IMG/VR virus record: IMGVR_UViG_3300020477_000120
Location: 1-25,003 of that record
DNA length: 25,003 nt
Source: a virus
Lineage: Duplodnaviria; Caudoviricetes
Direction: 5' to 3' (one strand)
The translations under genes and the position numbers were made by a program. This document shows positions 9,009 to 15,336 of this stretch, piece by piece (position 1 is the first letter of the stretch; each line of letters opens with the position of its first letter). The notes under the pieces were generated by a model. The model did no database searches and was not told the origin of the DNA. It saw only the letters and a list, made by a program, of their open reading frames with translations.

Positions 9009-9438
9009 ATAGTATCTCTCCGTTTTGCGCCCACCACTTCTTAACAGAGAAGCCTGGACAATTAGATCCAACCAACTCACCATGCCCTATTACTTTAGCA
9101 CTTCTAAACATAAATGTCAAGGTATTGGTCAGACTGAATAGTGCCTCCCATTGGAAAGCAGTGAAATATGGGTCAGGGTTACCATTCTCATCTACACCTC
9201 CGACCAAACAAATGCTAACGGACTTACCATTGTATCCTTTACAATGTGCTCCCACTTCATGTGGGTTACGTCCTGTCTCGATGGTACCATCTTTTTTAAT
9301 CAAGTAGTGATACCCTATTTTTAACCAGCCACGTTTCCTGTGCCAGTCATCCACAAGTTTAATATCCACATGATCCATTGCAGGTGGGGTACCTGTGGAA
9401 TGAATGACTATGAAATCAGTTGTCTTTCGTCTTGACAC
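8980..9438 (-). CDS. N-acetylmuramoyl-L-alanine amidase (T7 gp3.5 lysozyme-like)
   Basis: Zn-amidase motifs IVIHST, IGYHY, GAHCKGYN..SICLVGG and GH......CP. Likely GTG start at 9438 after AGGA. Confidence 0.93.
   Translation of the reverse strand: MSRRKTTDFIVIHSTGTPPAMDHVDIKLVDDWHRKRGWLKIGYHYLIKKDGTIETGRNPHEVGAHCKGYNGKSVSICLVGGVDENGNPDPYFTAFQWEALFSLTNTLTFMFRSAKVIGHGELVGSNCPGFSVKKWWAQNGEILYGKTGYRNG
9092..9120 (-). promoter_or_regulatory. Sigma70-type promoter inside the amidase gene, upstream of primase-helicase
   Basis: TTGACA-N17-TAAAGT with an extended -10 TG. Confidence 0.5.
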
Positions 9439-9637
9439 CTGTGTTCCTTTTTGTTGTAGGTGGATCAATAAGTTCTAAGAACTCTTTAGTTGCATCCTGT
9501 CTATTAATAACAAAGGTAAACGTAGATCCTGCATTATAGACAATGCTGTATGTAATAGGATCATTTCCCTTTTGCTCTACGTGTGCGATGTTGTCTGGGT
9601 TTATCCACACGTTTTCTGTTGCTTTTATTAGTGCCAT
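9416..9637 (-). CDS. Small hypothetical protein
   Basis: 73 aa (MALIKATENVWINPDNIAHVE...) with ATG after GGA; fills the gap between the endonuclease and amidase genes. Confidence 0.65.
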   Translation of the reverse strand: MALIKATENVWINPDNIAHVEQKGNDPITYSIVYNAGSTFTFVINRQDATKEFLELIDPPTTKRNTGVKTKDN

Positions 9638-10055
9638 GTTCTATCCATTCCTGTGGTATAACACGTTCTGCATACTCAAAGCCATACTTTTGGCACCACT
9701 GATAGTTTGTGAACTTACTATTCTCAACACGTTTGTTGATGTCAGTAAAGACAAACCTTATGTCTAACTCAGGGTGCTGTTTCTTGATTGCTCGGTGCTT
9801 TCTAGCATCCTTTTGTAACAATCGGCCTTTGGTCTCAATGATGATCCCATTAGGCAGGATGAAGTCAGGTGTGTACCTGCACTCCAACACATACCTAATG
9901 ATCTCACTCTCGTACTGAAAAGGTACCTTGCGTTGCTCAAGGTTGTTGGCAACGCTTAACTCAAACTTAGACCTGTAACCTTGTAGGGTTTCAGAAGTCT
10001 CCGTTGTCCTGATCGGGAAAGATTTCTTCCTCTTGTGGTTTTGTGCTTTCGACAT
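9561..10055 (-). CDS. Endonuclease I / Holliday junction resolvase (T7 gp3-like)
   Basis: Motifs YRSKFE, YTPDFILPNGIIIETKG and QHPELDIRFVF. Confidence 0.95.
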   Translation of the reverse strand: MSKAQNHKRKKSFPIRTTETSETLQGYRSKFELSVANNLEQRKVPFQYESEIIRYVLECRYTPDFILPNGIIIETKGRLLQKDARKHRAIKKQHPELDIRFVFTDINKRVENSKFTNYQWCQKYGFEYAERVIPQEWIEHGTNKSNRKRVDKPRQHRTRRAKGK

Positions 10056-10608
10056 TCACCTTCACCTCGTATCCGTCCTCTACGTTAAACATATCTGCAC
10101 CACCAGAGTCACCATGATACTCGATGAGAGAGAGAACCTGTACTCCACGTAACCTGAGTTGTACACCTAAAGATGCACCATGTTGATAAGGTGCCAACTC
10201 GTATGCAACCTTACCCTCACTACCATTACCAATCTTAATCTCAGATGGTAAAGGTTTCTTATCAGGACCAACAACCATTGGTCTCTGTGTAAAAGCCTGA
10301 CCAGTACGTGAGTTAATACCAGATGCTTTCATTTTGAAATGAAACTGGATACCTGCCTCCATACCATCGTCATCCAATACTGACTTGTATGGCATGAACT
10401 CTTGGTACTGCTTCTGGCCTTTGGTCTTATTGACCTCTGACTTCCAATTGTTGTGGGTTGTGTCCACAAGATGCTTCATCTGTTCAGCATCCTCTCCAGA
10501 CAACTGGAGCTTGATGTGGAACTGACCTTCAGCTTTGAAGGTTGTGTCTGGGGTACCCACGTGTGCCCAGTGAAATTGACCTTTTGGTGTTACGTTATAT
10601 TTTGCCAT
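9991..10608 (-). CDS. ssDNA-binding protein (T7 gp2.5-like)
   Basis: TPKG...PDT.F, FKMKA, IGNGS.GK, GVQLRL.GVQV and an acidic tail ending in Phe (QDNGDF); RBS AGGAG. Confidence 0.93.
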   Translation of the reverse strand: MAKYNVTPKGQFHWAHVGTPDTTFKAEGQFHIKLQLSGEDAEQMKHLVDTTHNNWKSEVNKTKGQKQYQEFMPYKSVLDDDGMEAGIQFHFKMKASGINSRTGQAFTQRPMVVGPDKKPLPSEIKIGNGSEGKVAYELAPYQHGASLGVQLRLRGVQVLSLIEYHGDSGGADMFNVEDGYEVKVNVESTKPQEEEIFPDQDNGDF

Positions 10609-10616
10609 AATATCTC

Positions 10617-13052
10617 CTATGAGAAAAAGTATTTAGATTGTAGCACACCATTTATATCAAGTGACCCTTGTGCTGGTGGATCACCTATGTTCGGTATAAC
10701 ATTATACACGTTATCGTGCAAAATGTCAAGTACACTCTCTGACGAGTACATCTTATGAAACGACTCTCGTATAGCTTCAGCCATACGTGGTGTATGATTA
10801 GCATGTACACCATACGAGTCATGAACAACAGCGAAATCACTGATGCCTTCTAGTATACACTGATTGATGGTCAATGTCAAGGCAGAAGCATCCATACTGT
10901 GGACAAAATTAGGACTCAACCCATTGGTTGCCCTTCGTTTATCGATACGATCTGTCTCTTCTAACACTGACGGTTTTATCAATACATTATCAATGTGGGT
11001 TGTCACCCTACGTCCCTTCATACTTTTGTAGACCTGATTGACTACAAAGTTCGTAGGTGTTTCCCATGTTATGGGTAGGTTACGAATAGACATTTCTCTG
11101 CCTATGTCTCGCAACCATGCCATAGCATCACGTGCGGCAACAACAACTTCGCCAATTGCATCCCATACATGTTGGGATAGGTACAAAGAAGCCTCGTAGA
11201 CTTGCTCATTAAAAGGATTGTGAGCACCTGCAAGTATGCGGTCGTGCATAGCCTCTTCCACATATTCACGGCACGAGTATCGTGTACCTCCGTATGGCAC
11301 AACCATGACTGGACGTTTGGTTATCTTCCGATCAATCCCGAAGTCAAGCCAAGCCTGTGCATAAGGTACCCCTATTATAGCATCTTCGTTCACCTTTGTC
11401 AAGACCACATCTGCTACCATCTGGTAGATGTCCTGTGGGACATCCTCTGGTGTCAGGTTTGTGGCTTTACCACCCACAGGGTCACGGAGCATAGCAGAAA
11501 AATGCTGTAATCCATTATTCGACCCATCCAAACAAATTGGTATTTGTGACATGTAGCCGAGACCCTCAACAACAAACTCAGCCCACTCGTTACACCACGC
11601 AAGAAAGGACCAAGGTTCGTCTGCTTTTGTCCACCATCTATAGTCAAGAGGTGACTTAGCCGACTCGCAAATCTCTTTCGTATGAGTGTGGACCCATTCG
11701 ACTCTTTCATTATAAGACACCTTATCATAACCAAAACAGTTGGCACCATGAACTGCAAAGTACATCTCTTGGTCATCTGTTTTGATAGGTAGTTTCTTAG
11801 CAAAATAGAGTAAAGACTTTGCATAGTCTGGACCCTGTGGTGTAAGAAACGAGTTTACTGTGTATTTGCGACCACGGAAGTCACACTGGTACACAAAATA
11901 AAGTGCAGGATACTTAGCAAACCTCTCTGCCATTTGCAATGTACGTGCCAACTGTATTCTCTTTGAGGTCATCTTGGCATTCAGATCATAAACGACAGTA
12001 GCCTTCTTTTTCCATTTGATAAACTTATCAAGTTCTTCCTCTGTCATAGTAGCTTTAGTCCCTTTGACTGGACTAGGTAGAACTTTGTAGTCCTCTCGTG
12101 GAGGTAAGTTGGCCCAGGATTCACCAGTATCCCAACATTCCTGGATTGTTTTTAACAGTCTTTCATTAACTTTCCATTGTGTCCTTTGTAAAGCGTTGAT
12201 AGCACCATATTCCAATGGCATACGATGGTTCATCATTTCCTCAAGATACTCTCTATTACGAGTCTTGATCATAGGAAATGGGTTCAACTTGTCACTGTGG
12301 TACCCTCCGTTGTACGGATTACTCCAGTCTTTCGGTGGTATCACACATGGGTAGAAGTACGGATGTACTGTCTCCCCCTCTTTGTTAAGCTGATCAATCC
12401 AATGTATTGTAGCATCATTAGCTTGCAAATACAAGATACGTTGCTTACGCTTGAACTGAACTGTCTTAACTTCCATGAGACCAGTATTTTGAATCAGTAT
12501 GTCAATCAACTTGGTACCCAAGTGCAACTTTTCACGTTTTGACCAAGGTTCATGATCCAACATTTCAACCTTGGACATCTGACGGATCAGATTGTACCTA
12601 CGATACACACGATTGGTTGTCTTACTGTTCACACGTTTCTTTAACAATCGAAACATGGTACTGGTATCACCAGAGTTTTGCCAAAGGTCAAACTTAAATT
12701 GATCCTCCAGTCCATTAGCCAATTTCATGGCAACTCTGGTAAATGGACTACGAGTAGACACACCATCAATAGTGTATTTAAGTGTAAGATACGCACACAC
12801 CTCTGGGTCAAGCAGCATCAGAGTCTGCACTGAGGTCTGGTGTTTTCCTGGCTTGCCACTCAAGGCTTCATCAAGAAAAGCATTGATCCCATCACAAACG
12901 ACATCCAACGCCTCTTTCATCAGAGTCACACCATATAGGGTGGTAGACTCACGGCTTTTATTCTTTGCATCACGAATGTTCTTGTGGTACCTTTCAATAC
13001 CAAGTGCATTCATGTCATGTTCTATCTGTTCCTGCTCAAGTTTTAGATTCAA
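10617..13052 (-). CDS. Single-subunit DNA-directed RNA polymerase (T7 gp1-like)
   Basis: 811 aa with DFRGRKY, DGSNNGLQH, RKITKRPVMVVPYG, PNFVHSMDAS and VHDSY. Confidence 0.98.
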   Translation of the reverse strand: MNLKLEQEQIEHDMNALGIERYHKNIRDAKNKSRESTTLYGVTLMKEALDVVCDGINAFLDEALSGKPGKHQTSVQTLMLLDPEVCAYLTLKYTIDGVSTRSPFTRVAMKLANGLEDQFKFDLWQNSGDTSTMFRLLKKRVNSKTTNRVYRRYNLIRQMSKVEMLDHEPWSKREKLHLGTKLIDILIQNTGLMEVKTVQFKRKQRILYLQANDATIHWIDQLNKEGETVHPYFYPCVIPPKDWSNPYNGGYHSDKLNPFPMIKTRNREYLEEMMNHRMPLEYGAINALQRTQWKVNERLLKTIQECWDTGESWANLPPREDYKVLPSPVKGTKATMTEEELDKFIKWKKKATVVYDLNAKMTSKRIQLARTLQMAERFAKYPALYFVYQCDFRGRKYTVNSFLTPQGPDYAKSLLYFAKKLPIKTDDQEMYFAVHGANCFGYDKVSYNERVEWVHTHTKEICESAKSPLDYRWWTKADEPWSFLAWCNEWAEFVVEGLGYMSQIPICLDGSNNGLQHFSAMLRDPVGGKATNLTPEDVPQDIYQMVADVVLTKVNEDAIIGVPYAQAWLDFGIDRKITKRPVMVVPYGGTRYSCREYVEEAMHDRILAGAHNPFNEQVYEASLYLSQHVWDAIGEVVVAARDAMAWLRDIGREMSIRNLPITWETPTNFVVNQVYKSMKGRRVTTHIDNVLIKPSVLEETDRIDKRRATNGLSPNFVHSMDASALTLTINQCILEGISDFAVVHDSYGVHANHTPRMAEAIRESFHKMYSSESVLDILHDNVYNVIPNIGDPPAQGSLDINGVLQSKYFFS
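10701..10729 (-). promoter_or_regulatory. Perfect-consensus sigma70 promoter within the 3' end of the RNAP gene, upstream of SSB
   Basis: TTGACA-N17-TATAAT (TTGACATTTTGCACGATAACGTGTATAAT). Confidence 0.75.
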
Positions 13053-13327
13053 TTAAGTTTAGATTTATCTACCTTGGAGTCAACCATGACTTCTAGGTTG
13101 TTTTCTATCAAAGCCATTCCCATGTGTATGAAGTTAAGACCTGCTTCAATCCTTTCACTTTCTGAAAGACTGGCATCACGCAATGCAGTATCCACCATCA
13201 TAATGGTCTTACCTAAAATATTTTGAGCTTCACGATCTAAAGTAAGGATCTCATTCTCTGTGAGTCCCATCTTATCACGTAAGTCATCTCTTGTCAAGTC
13301 TGGCATCTGGTTCAGGTTCATCATCAT
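13049..13327 (-). CDS. Hypothetical helical protein immediately upstream of RNAP
   Basis: ORF track gives 13049..13363; the probable start is 13327 (after GAGG) or slightly downstream. Its stop overlaps the RNAP TTG start. Confidence 0.65.
   Translation of the reverse strand: MMMNLNQMPDLTRDDLRDKMGLTENEILTLDREAQNILGKTIMMVDTALRDASLSESERIEAGLNFIHMGMALIENNLEVMVDSKVDKSKLN
13269..13297 (-). promoter_or_regulatory. Sigma70-type promoter upstream of RNAP
   Basis: TTGACA-N17-TAAGAT with an extended -10 TG. Confidence 0.55.
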
Positions 13328-13442
13328 CTTCGTCCTCTGTGCATACATTGCGGTCATACACAAGACCCTTGTGTTTTGGGTTACGTGTGTACTTGGTTCT
13401 AACCCTGTGGGTCTGCGACCCTCTGTTCTTTATACCTTTCAT
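13284..13442 (-). CDS. Small basic/acidic bipartite peptide with an ArfA-like KYxRxxKHK motif
   Basis: Not in the ORF track (52 aa): MKGIKNRGSQTHRVRTKYTRNPKHKGLVYDRNVCTEDEDDDEPEPDARLDKR, with RBS GAGG upstream of the ATG. Confidence 0.55.
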   Translation of the reverse strand: MKGIKNRGSQTHRVRTKYTRNPKHKGLVYDRNVCTEDEDDDEPEPDARLDKR

Positions 13443-13617
13443 GGTTTAACCTCTTGAGATATAGTTCATGTTTAAGAATTAACGTGTCAACCTTAGATTG
13501 AATCACACGTTGACTCCATGTCAACTCATGAAGTTTAAAAGAAGCATGTATGCTAAATGTAAGCCATAGTATAGCACATACTGTAACAAATGTCAAGACC
13601 ACCTTTGTAATGTCCAT
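13399..13617 (-). CDS. Small putative membrane protein
   Basis: ATG lies 4 nt after the tRNA-Trp CCA; one hydrophobic segment (VVLTFVTVCAILWLTF). No clear RBS, and it contains a promoter. Confidence 0.4.
   Translation of the reverse strand: MDITKVVLTFVTVCAILWLTFSIHASFKLHELTWSQRVIQSKVDTLILKHELYLKRLNHERYKEQRVADPQG
13568..13596 (-). promoter_or_regulatory. Sigma70 promoter downstream of tRNA-Trp
   Basis: TTGACA-N17-TATACT with an extended -10 TG. Confidence 0.7.
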
Positions 13618-13620
13618 GTT

Positions 13621-13694
13621 TGGCACCTCATATAAGAATCGAACTCATGTCTACTGGTTTGGAATCAGTCATGTTACCACTACACCAATGAGGT
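13621..13694 (-). tRNA. trnW: tRNA-Trp (CCA)
   Basis: ACCTCAT TG GTGT AGTGGTA ACAT G ACTGA TTCCAAA CCAGT AGAC ATGAG TTCGATT CTTAT ATGAGGT G CCA: a full cloverleaf with G73 and encoded CCA, 74 nt. Confidence 0.93.
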
Positions 13695-13697
13695 GTG

Positions 13698-13872
13698 TAT
13701 AGTACACCATGCAGTCAAGTCCTGGGTTTGCAATCACCCTGTACGCACCTGCACATAATCAACCTACCTGCTGAATAGGTAGCCAACCCTACTGTCCAAG
13801 AAGATAGCGAACTTCTTTAGACATCAGCAACCAAGTCCACCATAGTCCCTCAGTCGAGTTAGGTGTACTATA
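13698..13872 (-). ncRNA. Unknown structured RNA 'A' (~175 nt) between the tRNAs
   Basis: Perfect 11-bp closing stem TATAGTACACC/GGTGTACTATA; internal hairpins (TGTCT.AAGAAG/CTTCTTGGACA, CTACCT/AGGTAG, GGGT/ACCC) whose G-U pairs favour the - strand; no long ORF; ends 3 nt before tRNA-Trp. Confidence 0.6.
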
Positions 13873-13878
13873 TTCTAG

Positions 13879-13959
13879 TGGAGACAGGAACCTCATAATC
13901 TAACGATTTAAGGAATTCGTAGCTATTGAGTGTTTACAATAGTATCTAGCCTGTCTCCA
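13879..13959 (-). ncRNA. Unknown structured RNA 'B' (~81 nt) directly after tRNA-Tyr
   Basis: Perfect 10-bp closing stem TGGAGACAGG/CCTGTCTCCA enclosing the hairpins CTATTG/CAATAG and ACGA/TCGT. Confidence 0.6.
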
Positions 13960-13963
13960 TGTT

Positions 13964-14049
13964 TGGTGGGTGAGGTAGGATTTTAACCTACAAGTGTGTG
14001 CACACGCCTGATTTACAGTCAGGTTCCTTTTACATTTGGATACTCACCC
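13964..14049 (-). tRNA. trnY: tRNA-Tyr (GTA), class II long variable arm
   Basis: GGGTGAG TA TCC AAATGTAAAA GGA A CCTGA CTGTAAA TCAGG CGTGTGCACACACTT GTAGG TTAAAAT CCTAC CTCACCC A CCA; A73 and encoded CCA, 86 nt. Confidence 0.9.
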
Positions 14050-14055
14050 GTGTTC

Positions 14056-14202
14056 TTACTCTTCCAGATCTTCAAAAAACACACCACTCTGGAAGTGTTC
14101 AAAAAAATCTTCAGCCACTATTTCTTCTTCATCCTCAGATTCGTACACAGCTTCATAAACTGCATCTAAGAATGACCAAAGAGGATCATTACGCTCAGTC
14201 AT
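14056..14202 (-). CDS. Very acidic 48-aa peptide (DNA-mimic candidate)
   Basis: Not in the ORF track. ATGA overlap with the upstream gene; MTERNDPLWSFLDAVYEAVYESEDEEEIVAEDFFEHFQSGVFFEDLEE; stop lies 6 nt before tRNA-Tyr. Confidence 0.7.
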   Translation of the reverse strand: MTERNDPLWSFLDAVYEAVYESEDEEEIVAEDFFEHFQSGVFFEDLEE

Positions 14203-14423
14203 TCGGTGACAATCTCCACTTCTGTAACGGTACTCGTGACATACGCTTTCTCTGCATGTGTCTCGTGTACAATACGAAACTCAGCACCTGTAGTGTCCAT
14301 AACCATCTTACGTATGGCATTTATCAGATGAACTTCATTCATAGACTCTATGTCAATGAATTTGTTCTTTGATTTACTCAGGTACTCAATACGTGGTTTC
14401 GGTTGTTTCTTTAAGTTTACCAT
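14199..14423 (-). CDS. Small phage hypothetical protein
   Basis: 74 aa with RBS GGAG and the pattern YLSKSKNKFIDIESMNEVHLINAIRK. Confidence 0.75.
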   Translation of the reverse strand: MVNLKKQPKPRIEYLSKSKNKFIDIESMNEVHLINAIRKMVMDTTGAEFRIVHETHAEKAYVTSTVTEVEIVTE

Positions 14424-14442
14424 ATCAAATCTCCATTGTCAA
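14414..14442 (-). promoter_or_regulatory. Sigma70-type promoter upstream of the tRNA/ncRNA cluster
   Basis: TTGACA-N17-TAAACT with an extended -10 TG. Confidence 0.6.
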
Positions 14443-14649
14443 GTCATCAAAATCACATTCAATCCAAACATGTGCACCACATGATAAAGGTTTTTCAGGT
14501 GAGTACACAACCTTTGAAGGACCATTAATCTCTACTTCGTAGCAATAATGGTTTGCCTTGTATGTTTTTACTGTCAGAGGTGGATGTTTACGATCCTCTT
14601 TTTTATTTGCACGTATTACGTGTTGGTTTACGTGGATTTGTGCTTTCAT
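14425..14649 (-). CDS. Conserved small phage hypothetical protein
   Basis: IHVNQHVIRAN...PPLTVKT...EVEINGPSKVVYSPEKPLSCGAHVWIE, a pattern I recognise from aquatic phages; start MKAQ at 14649. Confidence 0.8.
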   Translation of the reverse strand: MKAQIHVNQHVIRANKKEDRKHPPLTVKTYKANHYCYEVEINGPSKVVYSPEKPLSCGAHVWIECDFDDLTMEI

Positions 14650-14650
14650 C

Positions 14651-14845
14651 CTACGGCTCCACAACAAAGATTACTTCTGCAATAGCAGAGTCAAAGAAAC
14701 TATACTCGTCATTGAGTATAGATGATATTACATTGTCCAAGGTATTGCTGTCAATACCATCAAAGTGTAAAGATGCAACTTCATCTCTACCACCATCAGG
14801 ACCATCAAAATCCTGGATACTTACTTTAACATTATGACAGTACAT
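14651..14845 (-). CDS. Small acidic hypothetical protein
   Basis: ORF track gives 14651..14887; the likely start is MYCHN at 14845 after CAGGAG, because the upstream part is a stem-loop. Confidence 0.7.
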   Translation of the reverse strand: MYCHNVKVSIQDFDGPDGGRDEVASLHFDGIDSNTLDNVISSILNDEYSFFDSAIAEVIFVVEP

Positions 14846-14863
14846 ATATACTCCTGAATGAAT

Positions 14864-14922
14864 GGGGCACCTTGACATGCAACGCACGGAGCATAATGCG
14901 TTTGTCCTGCATGTAGTGCCCC
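14864..14922 (-). other. Intergenic interrupted stem-loop (possible RNase III site)
   Basis: Nested inverted repeats GGGGCAC/GTGCCCC, ACATGCA/TGCATGT and AACGCA/TGCGTT. Confidence 0.6.
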
Positions 14923-14926
14923 GTGG

Positions 14927-15169
14927 TTACCTTATTTGCTCTGCATGAAACACTATTTCATGGACATAAACATCACCCATATCATAACTTCCATAAGTAT
15001 ATGGACTCTGAACAGCACAGAACCATCTAGCATGTGGGTTTTCAGCCTCTTTGCTAGGTTTCTGGTACTTTTTAAGTATCTTCCATGTCCATGATCCATC
15101 ATAGGATCTCCATACTTCGTATGGGTTATCTATGGGTCTCGTTTTTCCACACAGGTTTTTTTCGGTCAT
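14927..15169 (-). CDS. Conserved Trp/Tyr-rich phage hypothetical protein
   Basis: 80 aa with RBS AGGAG; NPYEVW...WTWKILKKYQ...ARWFCAVQSPYTYGSYDMGDVY. Confidence 0.85.
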   Translation of the reverse strand: MTEKNLCGKTRPIDNPYEVWRSYDGSWTWKILKKYQKPSKEAENPHARWFCAVQSPYTYGSYDMGDVYVHEIVFHAEQIR

Positions 15170-15229
15170 TGTATGCTCCTAATAGTTTACGTACCAAGTG
15201 AGCCAACCTTTGTGCTCACGTTTTACTAT

Positions 15230-15258
15230 ATTATAGCATGTCTCACTGCAAGTGTCAA
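15230..15258 (-). promoter_or_regulatory. Early sigma70 promoter (perfect consensus)
   Basis: TTGACA-N17-TATAAT with an extended -10 TG. Confidence 0.85.
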
Positions 15259-15268
15259 CAGTACCTTT

Positions 15269-15320
15269 GCGAGTGTTAAAGAACCTTGAGACATCAAAGG
15301 TTTTACCTTTGAACACTCGC
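15269..15320 (-). other. Intergenic interrupted stem-loop (possible RNase III site)
   Basis: Nested inverted repeats GCGAGTGTT/AACACTCGC, AAAG/CTTT and AACCTT/AAGGTT. Confidence 0.6.
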
Positions 15321-15336
15321 TTGCAATAAGTGCATA

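Noticed and set aside
2110-11824. Alternative-frame - strand ORFs nested in nrdJ, polA, primase, endonuclease and RNAP (e.g. 2935..3354, 5600..6094, 5177..5365, 11453..11824)
   Set aside because: They lie almost entirely within conserved genes and show no protein-like motifs.
13358-13377. Hairpin ACACAAG/CTTGTGT followed by T residues as a terminator
   Set aside because: The stem is weak and AU-rich, the U-tract is on the non-coding strand, and it lies inside a probable ORF.
13724-13740. GATTGCAAA resembling a tRNA-Cys anticodon loop
   Set aside because: There is no surrounding cloverleaf (no D arm, T arm or acceptor stem); treated as part of RNA A.
13698-13963. Theta/HDV-like or hammerhead ribozyme, tmRNA, SRP or 6S RNA after tRNA-Tyr
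   Set aside because: I could not find the CUGAUGA/GAAA core, the nested HDV double pseudoknot starting at the tRNA 3' end, an SRP GNRA domain, a tmRNA T-arm and tag, or the 6S rod. This was judged by eye only, so cmscan is needed to exclude them.
13621-14049. tRNAs as attP/attL sites of an integrated prophage
   Set aside because: No integrase lies upstream of RNAP, there is no duplicated tRNA 3' end, and phage genes continue on both sides.
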